A stretch of 63,568 bases of DNA, the filler included, from Collodictyon triciliatum (Eukaryota): NCBI GenBank assembly GCA_043381765.1. It is 9 parts of 9 records of this genome, joined end to end, with 100 filler letters (N's around TTAATTAATTAA, not from the genome) between each part and the next. Parts side by side here need not be neighbours in the genome. Positions count along the whole stretch, not along the records: positions 7,823 to 15,535 come from JBHJMP010003780.1; positions 15,636 to 23,346 come from JBHJMP010003781.1; positions 23,447 to 31,152 come from JBHJMP010003782.1; 6 more parts are not named here. One strand, given 5' to 3'. A program made the translations under genes and the position numbers. How positions within the stretch are numbered: the first letter of the stretch is position 1; every line of letters starts with the position of its first letter. A model generated the notes under the pieces. That model did not search any database. It was not told the origin of the DNA and saw nothing but the letters and a program-made list of their open reading frames with translations. This document shows, piece after piece, positions 12,230 to 23,716 of the stretch.

Positions 12230-12688
12230 TTCTTGTTATTCTTGTTATTCTTATTCTTATTATTGTTGTTTATGTTGTTGTTGTTTATGTTGTTGTTGTT
12301 TTGTTGTTGTGAATTATGCATTTTCTCAATTATTTTCAGGGTTCGGAAACACACCGACATCTAGGTGCGTAGATTCGTATATATCAACTTGTATATTTAA
12401 ATATAGTCGTAATATCAAAATAGGTCTCAAAGCCATTTGTCAAAAATAGACCAATTAGTCTATCCTGAAGCACGGCCACATCATGAGAGCAAAAATGTAA
12501 TTACCATTTCATATATTTCAAAAGTTGAAAGATATACATATTATATTTTCTCTTAAAATTATAATCAACATCACTTACATGTATTTATCATGAAAATTTT
12601 TGAATGCATTCATTATCTCTAATTGCTAGTACTTTATAAAAGAATAAATTGGGTGAACGGTCTTATTCTTTTACAGGATAGAAGATAC

Positions 12689-15030
12689 ATGCCTCTCAGT
12701 TTGTTCAGAAGGTCCACATCACCATCTTTTGCTTCAACAGTCTCCAGATTTCCTGTAATCGATACACATACAACCCTTTTGTAATCATATGTTATCCTCA
12801 TTTATCTACATGGGGGCATGGAACTTTTATGTGATAGTCACTCTCATGCAGAAACAACCACGGAGTATAGCACCAGATCCAGGATATTACGAGTACATGA
12901 TTGAATTGTTACCACGAATATATATACATTTATATACGAAAAAAAAAAGTATTATGAGCTTAATTTTCTCGGAAGGTATTCCAAATCATTATTGGATTGA
13001 AGTAAAAAAATAATAACGAAAAATCAGGTACTGGAAAGCTGATGATTTTGGAACATTACAGAAACAAGACATAGTCAAACTTACCCGCTCAAAAAAGTAC
13101 GTCTGATTATACAAAGCAAGCTGTAACCATTCAATCGAATATATAAGTGTGTTATACAGTGGGACGCAACAGATACATGATTTATTATCCTCTAAACTAT
13201 TATGACCAAGTATAGTTTTTATGAAACAGTTGCTTTCTATTCAATAGAAAACCTCAGAGCCCCAATCAATCAAAAAGCGGATCTCAGAGTGTTTCCACAA
13301 TACCACGGGACTCAACTGAGGAAACAAGCTTCTTCTCGACACCAGGTTCATGGTCATTTATAAGAGTTCCTATACTCATACCCCATCCATTTTATTTAAA
13401 GAGTTACACCATGAAACCCCATTTCCGTGCACCAAATCTCGTAGTCAATTCGATTAGAAGTATCATAACCAATATGAGAGCTTACATCCGCGGTCCTTAT
13501 TTTTGGTGATGTTATTCCTATTCAAAACCTGATGAACCTCTAGATATGATCCACTTGAGAATGAGTTCCAACTTCGCGTCAAGAGTGAAGCGTATGGAGA
13601 GTCCGACAAGGTTTATAACTGACTTTTTCACGGGTGTCCTACCATTTCCTCTATTTTTTTATGCTACCATTCATATAATTATGCAGGCTACAAACATCAG
13701 AGTTTATCGGGCCTGGGACATATCACCATGAAGTTTACCGACCAAAGTCTGCTTCTATCGCACCGTTTGGAAGGCCGGTCAAGGTAGATACAGACGAGGG
13801 ACCAAAGTCTTCATCTCCTGCCAAAAATGTTCATACCACAGGTACGTTATATATAAAATTTTAATTCTATATGAATATTGCATACATGCTCAATTTTTCA
13901 ATTCATTTTCTTCGTAGCAGAGAACAATTATTCTCTATCCATAACATCTCATTACCCTCACTCCCCTTTTTTTCTTCTCTTTTGTATTTCTTTGTATTTT
14001 CTTTACAACATTTCTGTTTCTCTCCACAGAAAAATTGAATCCATCTATTGAGCAGCTTTTAAATCGTGGAGTCAAGGAAGTTACGCCAGAAACTAAAGTA
14101 GCTATACTATGAGCATTTACCAAGAATTTGGTGTTTCTGAAAATTTCAATATTCGACTTCCCTTGCTCCATCTCTTAACTTTGAAAAAGAGAATATACAA
14201 CAATCGCTGATGTAAACTTGTCATCGGTCTGAAAACTTTAGAAAAAACAAAGACCATCCAGCGCGTTCGCCTCAACCACGTCTAGATTTCCAACAACAAA
14301 AACACCTTCCATAGATTTTCGAGGTGTTGAGGAAAACCAGAAAACGTTTAAATCAAAGGTATGATTAATAATTCCGTATGTGGCATATCTTATGAATTTA
14401 CAAAAAAAAAAAAAAAATCCAACCAAACTCATGGATTATTTGTTTGCCCTGTCTGTATTGACAGACTGGGATAAGTGTTCCAGAATTCGTACCATCCAAC
14501 CCAGGAGGACAATTCGGACTTGCCTCACGGTCAAGCAGGGAAGTGATCGTTAATTGCAAGAATGGAGTCCATCTCATAAGGACTTTTTATGCAAATGCCA
14601 CATAACGCGAGCCTTCAGGGTATTAGCTGTAGACTTTGTATTCCCTTTCACCAAGAAGCTGATTATAACTCTACCCTTCCTCTCACCTCGTCTTTCTGTC
14701 TTCCCACGCCAAAGAAATCAAATCATCTTAGAAATGTCTATGCATATAGATAAAATAAATTATTATGAATTTGTCAAAAATAAAATAAAAAAGGAGACCA
14801 AGAAAACCAATATAAATAACTCTTTTATTCTTTTTCTTTCCGGCTGGAACGTTTGTTCGCTTACGGCTCACATTCCCTCCAAGATACGAAATTGAATGCG
14901 CACAAGTTTTCACCGCTATATTCCATCATACAACTAACTAATGAGTTTTTCTCTTCATTCTGTCGCCCTGTTCAGGGTTGTATCTTTTAGATTCTTGCAA
15001 GTAGACCAGGAAGAATATTCTGGGTGATTT
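12689..15030 (+). CDS. STPG/ODF3-like (SHIPPO, PG-rich repeat) protein, multi-exon; 3' end approximate
   Basis: Spliced exons read SPSFASTVSRFP|KQPRSIAPDPGYY, SSNFASRVKR..FIGPGTY, PSSAFASTTSRFP; phases consistent for the first eight exons. Confidence 0.6.
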
Positions 15031-15037
15031 GGGGTAG

Positions 15038-15535
15038 TTTTTTTTCTTTTGTTTTCTTATTCTTCCTTTCAATTTTGTGCAGGATGATAGGAAATGTTGG
15101 CTTTGGTTCGCTAGCCATTGTTTGCACTGATGCTACTTGTTGGCCGGGTGGTGGAGAAGTAGTCGGTAATCAGGAATTGCATCCTGCGACTTGGCCTGTA
15201 GCCTAGGCCTTGTGCTTGCATGAGAGATACAAGGCGAGGTTTAATCTCCTTCTCAGCTTCTTTCCACATATCTCTTCTCACGGGGTCGGAGTAGTAGAGA
15301 ACGTGCAGGTGGCGAAGGAAGCTGTTGAGGAAAGAGATTTGTATGATGTCATTCAGCCCGTTATCAGGAATGGGTGGCTGGTTGTTGAGTCTTGCTTTGC
15401 GTGAGTATATGCGCGCTATCCACATAGTCCATAGCAAATGGCCTCGCGTCACTGCCCAGAATGTTTTTGCATCTGGACGCAGCTGTTGCAGAGGCCCAAA
15501 TATCGCCTGGATTGGGCCAACAGCTGCAGCCGTCT
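15038..15535 (-). mobile_element. 3' end of a non-LTR retrotransposon, family B (copy B1; ORF2 C-terminus ending at 15111, short 3'UTR, A-rich tail), cut by contig end
   Basis: Intronless, GC-richer ORF with LWTMWIAR (resembles the W..W..RN motif of L1/Tx1 ORF2 C-termini); 3'UTR CATCCTGCACAAAATTGAAAGGAAGAATAA recurs at 29227-29278 and 53474-53519 between TSDs. Confidence 0.8.
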
Positions 15536-15635
15536 NNNNNNNNNNNNNNNNNNNNNNNNNNNNNNNNNNNNNNNNNNNNTTAATTAATTAANNNNNNNNN
15601 NNNNNNNNNNNNNNNNNNNNNNNNNNNNNNNNNNN

Positions 15636-15736
15636 AGTGAAGTGAAGTGAAGTGAAGTGAAGTGAAGTGAAGTGAAGTGAAGTGAAGTGAAGTGAAGTGA
15701 AGTGAAGTGAAGTGAAGTGAAGTGAAGTGAAGTGAA
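15636..15736. repeat. (AGTGA)n pentamer microsatellite at contig start
   Basis: About 20 perfect copies visible. Confidence 0.95.
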
Positions 15737-15878
15737 GATGATAACGGCAGGGTTTTTTTTTTTTTTTTTTTACCACCGGCGTTGTTTCTCCAATACACGC
15801 GTTTTGTAAATATGCAGGGAAGTTGAAACGACTTCAATAAAGTTGTATGAGACCGTCTGTATAGATTAATAGATTCAT

Positions 15879-18800
15879 TTATATATATAAAGAGGCGATT
15901 GGCGCGGTACAGTTCCTGAATATTGGGCATTGAAAATAATTCGAGGAGCCAGAATCAAATCGATATAGACAATCCATATATGCTGGGGGCATAGGTACCA
16001 AGTCTGTCTCGTCTTCTTCTAGCAAGCGAACGAACTCTCCATAAGTCTCAGCTATGAAGTCAAAGATGGACTACAGACGCAATCCCGTTAAAACAAGAAG
16101 AAAAACGAAAAGTTGTTGAAATCAAGGCATCATTTTTTTTTTGTTTACATCACTATCTTCTTCAATCATTCCAGTGGCCGCACAAAAAGCAAAGCAAAAC
16201 AAAGACAAAAAAAAATAATTACATACATTACACATATATACAATCAAAAGGATTAACAGAATATCAATATTAATGATAGAAAGTTACAAATGCATCTCCC
16301 ATTATTTCTCCAAGTCCAAAATGTGCAAAGGACAGCGGGTCGGAATCAGACGGGGGATTCTGTTATCAACGACGATGAAGCAAAGTTACTACAAATTCTA
16401 AGCCATCGATCATTTTGTGTATAGAAAAAAACATTTTTTTCCAATAGTAATTAGGACAGGACAGGGTATAATTGTTACAAACCACTATTTGGGCTATATA
16501 CTCTTTCATCTTTGGTACGTTTGAATCCATTAAAAGATTGAATGCGCTCATATATGCTTCGCGGTAATATTTCTGGAAAATGCACTTCGTTAAAACGAAA
16601 ATCAAACATGTCATCATATAATCAAATGAAAACATAGCGGGGCTAACCAAGAGCAAATACACTAGCGGCAAACCTTGGTGGCCATATTAATCAGCATTTT
16701 TGACACCATTGCGAGGCCACGCTTTGCACTTTTTGGAATGCTTTCTGAAAATTCAATAAGTTGGGTGATTGTCCCTTATTCCACCATATATTTGTATTCT
16801 ATAAAAAAAAAAAGAAAGAAGAAATAGTTCAAAAACAAAAACAAAAAACAAAAACATACCTATGGAAATGCCGTGAGAATCTGGAGATGAAATGCATGGG
16901 CAAATATACTCATTGAGAATAAAAGAGGCCACCATAACAACAGACTCGTCTTCCCCAAATTTTTTTACGGTTTGCGTCCACAAAATACGTAATGCATGCC
17001 TCATGATTCTATATTATTTCAGAGTTTAAATAAAATGTAGATACGTCACCTATCACCAACATCTCATACTTTTTATTAAGGAAAACTTACAACGGCATTT
17101 CAGAGTGGGAAGAAAAAATGCGGAGCAGTATCTCTTGAATAATCTCAGCGATGTCATGAACATGTTTGTTACCTTCTACCCCAGCATTTTGGTCAACCTT
17201 AATTTTCAATTGTTTACTAGATAAAATCTATGAGGCAACAAAAGTGATGATGGTATAACAATTCAACCATATCCTTTTATATTTTTTCTTCCGGGTCATA
17301 TTCCTTACAATAAATGGCTGTGCGGATGATACAATTTTCTGAATTATTGGTGATATTAATTCCTTCAAGTATTGCTTTCCTTCCAATGAAAAGCAAATGC
17401 CAAGAAGAATTTGGGTTGCACTGTTAGATAAGACCGCCTGACATGTAGCTGAATAAATTAAATATTAACGAATGCAAATGGGTATGACATCTTCTAAAAA
17501 GCTCTATTATGAACCATTCATTCCTCAAATGGAGTTTATTTTTTCCGTCTCAACCATCAAATCTTAACACACATCGCTAGAGATAGTAAATCATACTCAA
17601 ACGCTCAATTTCATTCCGAATGGTGATATTCAACAAATGAAGTAAGTGTCCATTCGACTAAAAGAAGTAAATTGTTACAAATTCATCGATTGTTTGTCTG
17701 GTTTATTTTCTCTCTCTCAAAAATGTATACAAGTATTGAAATACAAATAAAAAAATACTTGATAAAGTTTATAAAGAGATTTCACAACAGATTCGAATTT
17801 TGTAGTTCCTTTCACCAGGTAAAGTTGGCTTATCAAGATGATAAGGATTTTATCGCTTGGACAAAAAAGCATCTAATACAACACACGAGTCAATGTAAGT
17901 ACCAAAAAGTAACCATGTAAATAATATAATGTAAAAAAATAACTAGTCAACGATTGTGCGCTTACATCAACTACATTTGCGAGCGGCTCGACAGTCATCC
18001 CTGGAAATGGGTCAGGAAAATTAACCCGGACTTTGTGTTGTGAAGCTTTTTTTGAATGTTGGATAGACGCATGCAGGCGGTCTAGCGTGCGATAGGACAC
18101 ATTCTATATGGTTATATCGTAAATTAATATATTGGAATATTCATACTTTAGGGGAATTATGTAACATCTTCATTTATTCCTAATAGAAAACAAATAAAAT
18201 AAAGAATCATGGCTCTTCTATTTAAGAATTCCAAAATTACAGCCATAACACGCTTCTTCCCGATTCTTAAAGATATTTGAGGAAGATACCTATGCTCGCA
18301 AAGTGATTCAAGAGTTTTCAGTCAAATTGGGCATGATGGGCTCATAATATCATAGGAAAATGTGTTATTCTAGAAAAGATGACTTCATATTACTTTGCGA
18401 TACACACAGCAAGGTGGTCCATACATTGGTCAAAAACAGGCTTTGTTATGGTATACCGCACTTCTGTTGGGATTACCGATTCAGAGACGGGATTCTGCAA
18501 ATAAATTACACAAATTAATATCCCATGACGAAAAAAAACAACGTTCAAATCAATTTAGTCAGATAATAGAATTGAAAGTAAATCGAGATTATTTATACCG
18601 CAAGAAGTGTACAAAAGTCTTTCATCTTTGTATCATTTTCAATAATGAATGAGTTCATATCAGCCATCCATGGCTCCTTAGATCCAAACTCGGTCCCATT
18701 TGCTAAGTTTTGCAGCACCTTGGATATTAACACAAGAGTTCTTTGACTTTCATCGGGAGGGGGTTCTACAGTACGCAAAAGGAAACGAATTATAGATGAG

Positions 18801-20151
18801 AAGCACGACAAAAAATTTTTAAAAAAAACGTTACTACTTTTTAAGTCACAAAGTGTAAGTGATGTTAATGTAAAATCTTAATGGCTTTTGTCAAGACTTC
18901 TGATTACTTTTTAAGACACCAAAAGCGTGTGGGGCAACAATGGCAGGGCAGAAAAAGCGCAGGAAGATGAAGCTACTGATAGATACGTATTTTTTTTCTG
19001 GGAAGCGCTTGCTCACTTCTGCTCTTAAATGATTGCATATAATCCGAAACGGTCTAAAAAATCAATTGTTTGAATTAGAATGTCTAATAATGGGATGTTG
19101 ATAAAATAGCAAAGTGGTCTAATAGATGTATGCGATATTGAATTGTGATATAGGTGTGGACTTATTATGGTTGCAATAAGAAAAGAAAAGAAAAGAAAAG
19201 AAAAGAAAAGAAAAGAAAAGAAAAGAAAAGAAAAGAAAAGAAAGCGCCTTATTTAATTAGTATTAATATATCTATTGTCATCTATCATATGTATTGCTGC
19301 TGTAAATATCATTACTGGGGACACTCGTTGATGGAACAAACAATGGAGTCTAGAAATGCTTGCGCCCACATCTTAAGCTCCTTCATGTTAGACTCAATTT
19401 GTTGCTTGTCTTTCAATTTATATGGGTCAATCTAGATAAAGAAAAACTTTTGGCATTCTAGGTATGAAAAAAAAATCGAGATTTAACTTTAAAATTAGAT
19501 GGTAACAGACTCAAGAATAGGATGTTCAAACGTTATTTGCAGTATGTGGTTTAAATACTTCTAGGTTGATATTTCTGGTGCAGATAGTTTGTATATGCTG
19601 CTTCAAAACGGCCTCCAGGTACTTCGAGCCAATCATTCGACTGAAATGCGACAAGAGCTTGCACGACATGCTATTGCTTCGAAACAGAGTATTCCCGCTT
19701 TCTGGTGTATCATCATGAAATTGATGTAAATATATAATGCAACACGCTATAATGATGGTTCATATCGGAATCGATGCAGCCATATCAACCTGTTACTGCC
19801 ACCTCCCTTTTGACCGCAACTTTAATCAGGCGGATGCTATCATCGTATCTGGTTTGGTAATACATAATTCATTGAAAATAAGAAAACATTCAAATTGTTT
19901 ATTTTACTTAGGAATTACATTCTCAGGCCAGGGTGGAGGAAATATATCAAAAGCGGAAAAGTGCATAAACCTCTGAAATACACGAACAAGTGCCTTCGCC
20001 ACTTCCTCGGACTCTGTTACAGGGACAACTCGACAAAGGGCAGTTGCCAGGATTAGATCAGGAGCCAAAAGAACCTTTCCATGTTTGTAACATATTATTA
20101 CAAGATAGATAGCATTATTAAACACAATAATCAAGCATTATCATTATCATG

Positions 20152-20246
<95 letters not shown>

Positions 20247-21653
20247 CATAATAATATTCATCATAATGATCTATTCCTCTATCAAACCAGAGATTTTGCT
20301 TTTGGATGGTGGATAAAAGGGAGGTCTGAAAAATACAAACCTCGTGGAACGGAATTTCAGGTGATATATCCGCATTTTGAGATAGCCAGAGACTCAAGGC
20401 CCATTTAGGAGTAACATCGTTGACAAAGCCAAAATGTGATTGTGCCATTTCTTTCTTGCTTCGTTGTGAATCCTATTTTATTTGTAATCAAACTGGTGGC
20501 TTTCATTTAAATCGACTCAAACCATGACAATAGAATTTTCTTGCATCCGGTAGAAATCATCAAAAGAATATTCATATGTGAGTTAAATAAAAGAATGCTA
20601 AAAAAACCTCTTCCTTGACTAGGATTTGGGGTATGGAAGGAGCCTGCTCTTGGGTCTGTCCGTCGTTTTCCTAATTAAACACAAGGATTATTAATACACT
20701 AGAAGATCGTGCATTTTAGAACATGTATAATTTTCCTTCCCCCTTTTCCTTTTCCTTCTTTCTTTTACCTTTCCTACTTTTGATATTTGTTCGAGTTCAG
20801 CCTGAGAAAAAATTGCACTGAATCGTGATTCTCCTCGGGCGATGGGTTTAGCAGAAGAATCACCAGAGGTTGCAGAGCGTGGAGATAGATTTGTATTGAG
20901 TTGAGATGCAGCCAAATCAGGATCAACTATGATATTCATCCCTTGAAAAGCATTCTGAAAGGTGGCTGGGATGGCCTCTCCTATCCAAAAAAAAAAATGC
21001 TGATTAGCGGGATATGACTAAACATGCGGGAAAAAAAATACATACATGAAGAACAGGATGCGATTTCATGAAAAACATGAACCAATAAAGATTGAATATT
21101 GCTTTTTAATACGTGGAGAATTGGGGGTAATTCCATATATATCCTCGAGTGGCAGAGAGGGAAAGTTGATTGTAAAGCGCCGTGTGGTCTAAAATTTACG
21201 AATATTGTTATTGTTGATTAATTAATTATTATTTCTTTTAAAAAAGAAGACACTACATAAATCAAACACACGATTCTTTAGAATGTTATTTATATGGGGA
21301 TGAAATAAGATCGAAAGAGATTGTCATTCTTGATAATATAGGAGTATCACCAACAAAAAAAAAAGGTATCCAGAAAAGTAAAAAAAAAATGAAGAAAAAA
21401 ACAACAATAAATTTAATTCTTTCTTTTAATCCTATGCGAGATAAGAGAGGCAAGGATAGATAAAATAATTAAAATAGAAATACATGTGAATGAAATGCCA
21501 AACCATTTTCTCTGTGGTTGATGATTCGCCTGTGACCTCTTCGATCTCCAGGTCGTCATATTGGAAAAGAGACGGATCGTCCAACTCCTCGTCTTCGGCA
21601 CCTTTGCGAGCCCCATGCAACGGCCGTGGCGTGATTGGTGCCTGCGAGTCCAT
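15879..21653 (-). CDS. Multi-exon protein with two tandem RasGAP domains (ends approximate)
   Basis: Domain 1: GNTLFRSNS, LE|IDP, VSSFIFLRFFCPAIVAP, RTLVLISKVLQNLAN..F..KE.WM..MN.FI. Domain 2: AVLSNS..G.QYL..LI.P, ASFILNEYICPCISSP, RGLAMVSKMLINMA, REAYMSAFN. Linking exons stay in frame. Confidence 0.8.
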
Positions 21654-21979
21654 TGTCTATGCACAGTGCGATGGAGCTTTGAGCCAATAAAATCATAGTA
21701 TGTGTGGAGCGCAAAGCGCACGATCGGCGAGACGCTCTTTGGCCCTTGTTGACAGATCGCGCTGCTCTTGGGCAAGAACTGAATTGGTTTCAGAGACTCT
21801 GCACTGATCTCGTCCATGTTTGATGTTTTAGCGCGGCGGTTACTGGGGCATGAACGACAAGTCGAAGCGCTTGTGTGACAGTGTCAACCCGTGCTGATCA
21901 TATACCTTTCCATCAGGCTCGCTTCGATTGTGTTTTTTTTTTTGTTTTGTTTTGTTTTGTTTTGTCTTGTTTGTTTTGC

Positions 21980-22064
21980 TTGACTGATTTGACTGATTTG
22001 ACTGATTTGACTGATTTGACTGATTTGACTGATTTGACCGAATTGACTGATTTGACTGATTGAT
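21980..22064. repeat. (TTGACTGAT)n nonamer repeat in the divergent intergenic region
   Basis: About nine copies visible. Confidence 0.9.
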
Positions 22065-22268
22065 TGTGGATAAACAAGAGCGAAGTGTCTTAAACGAGCA
22101 TAAATCCTAAAACGAAGAGAATAATTCAATACGGCCTCAATCAAACACTTTTTGTGGAAACTATCATAATTTAATTATCATGCATTACATTAAGGGTATT
22201 GTCGATATTATTTGCTGAATTAGTGGTATATATATACACAATTGTCATAAATATGTTTTCTCAAACAC

Positions 22269-22293
22269 CTTTGAATCGAATAAAGGAAAAAAA
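22269..22293 (+). mobile_element. LINE family A 3'-end remnant (copy A4, 25 bp)
   Basis: CTTTGAATCGAATAAAGG(A)7 between perfect 16-bp repeats ATGTTTTCTCAAACAC (22253-22268, 22294-22309). Confidence 0.9.
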
Positions 22294-22571
22294 ATGTTTT
22301 CTCAAACACAAAATCGAGATTGGGACTTGGCGGTTCGGAACACACCCAGGAAGTCTCAAATAGACACAGATTGCAGGTATAAATAGCGCTAGGCAACCAG
22401 GCCATATCAGTGCCATCAAAGCAATATGGTTCGCACAGAGTAAAGCAGAACAGCAGAGGCAGGCGATTATTGCGAGGGATGAGGTAGATTAACGACACGT
22501 ACCCCCCAGAGATTACAAGCTGAAGTTTTTTTTTCTCTATATTCAATCCACAGTAGGTGTCAAAAAAGAGA

Positions 22572-23113
22572 ATGGAAAATATCACTGCAAACCCGACGTT
22601 ACCTCTTCAACCCCATGAATCAAAGGAAAACTCACAAAACGAATATTTCCTGCTATTTGCAAGGTCTATTATAGAGGGGGTTATCAACCAAGTGACGTGT
22701 GCTGATGAATGGCTATGTTCTATCGAAAGTCAACAAATCATTGACACGTCGGTCAACCCGAAGATGGAAGAAGCAGATTCTGGTTTCTGTGTGTTTCCAC
22801 CAAAAAAGAAAGAAACGGAGAGATCGAAACTCCCTGTCGTTTGCTATGGGGTCATTGACAATCTGGAGTTGGTCAAAGAAAGCCTGGGTTGCTGCGGAAT
22901 TCGATTAACCCAACATCATTGCTATCAGCAAGTGCAAAACTCTTCGTGTGGATATTATGCGCTACACAACACCATGGTATTTCTGGAAACATATGAGCAA
23001 CAAAGAAACATGTATAATCCAGACGTTCTACATCGCCGACTAGTAAATGGCGCATCATTTGTCAAGACATACAAAAGATTGAATGACGAGTTGATGGAAA
23101 ATGGAATGACGAA
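22572..23113 (+). CDS. First exon of an uncharacterised protein, possible papain-fold cysteine protease; 3' part missing
   Basis: Open 180 codons to donor AAG|GTAATA; motif QQVQNSSCGYYALHN resembles Q..N..CG nucleophile motifs; no His/Asp partner visible. Confidence 0.45.
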
Positions 23114-23272
23114 GGTAATATACCCATTTATTTTATTTTATCTCCATGTAACACAACTTAAAATTCGTTTCTTGTTTCATATTGTCAGTATTTTTTTTTA
23201 TTTTTTTTGGTTCTGTCATGTTTTGCTTTTTTCTGTTTTTTTTTCTGTTGCTGTCGTGTTGTTTCTTTTTCT

Positions 23273-23346
<74 letters not shown>

Positions 23347-23446
23347 NNNNNNNNNNNNNNNNNNNNNNNNNNNNNNNNNNNNNNNNNNNNTTAATTAATT
23401 AANNNNNNNNNNNNNNNNNNNNNNNNNNNNNNNNNNNNNNNNNNNN

Positions 23447-23551
23447 TAAAAGAGAATAAAAGAGAATAAAAGAGAATAAAAGAGAATAAAAGAGAATAAA
23501 AGAGAATAAAAGAGAATAAAAGAGAATAAAAGAGAATAAAAGAGAATAAAA
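23447..23551. repeat. (TAAAAGAGAA)n decamer repeat at contig start
   Basis: About ten copies visible. Confidence 0.95.
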
Positions 23552-23592
23552 CATCATATTTAGCGTTACTGATTAAATGGTAACAAATAAAC

Positions 23593-23614
23593 TTTGAATC
23601 GAATAAAGGAAAAA
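23593..23614 (+). mobile_element. LINE family A 3'-end remnant (copy A5, 22 bp)
   Basis: TTTGAATCGAATAAAGG(A)n between perfect 18-bp repeats AAATGGTAACAAATAAAC (23575-23592, 23615-23632). Confidence 0.9.
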
Positions 23615-23716
23615 AAATGGTAACAAATAAACAAAGAAAGAAAAGGACTAAATCGAAGGAAATGCCTCTTCATTCACATTTCAATTCACACCAGATGTAT
23701 GAGAAGTGATAAGTTA

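Noticed and set aside
15636-15736. Contig-terminal repeats (AGTGA, AAGAATCCA, TAAAAGAGAA, AAAACACAAT) as telomeres
   Set aside because: Each end has a different unit and genes continue across some of them; more simply assembly breaks at microsatellites.
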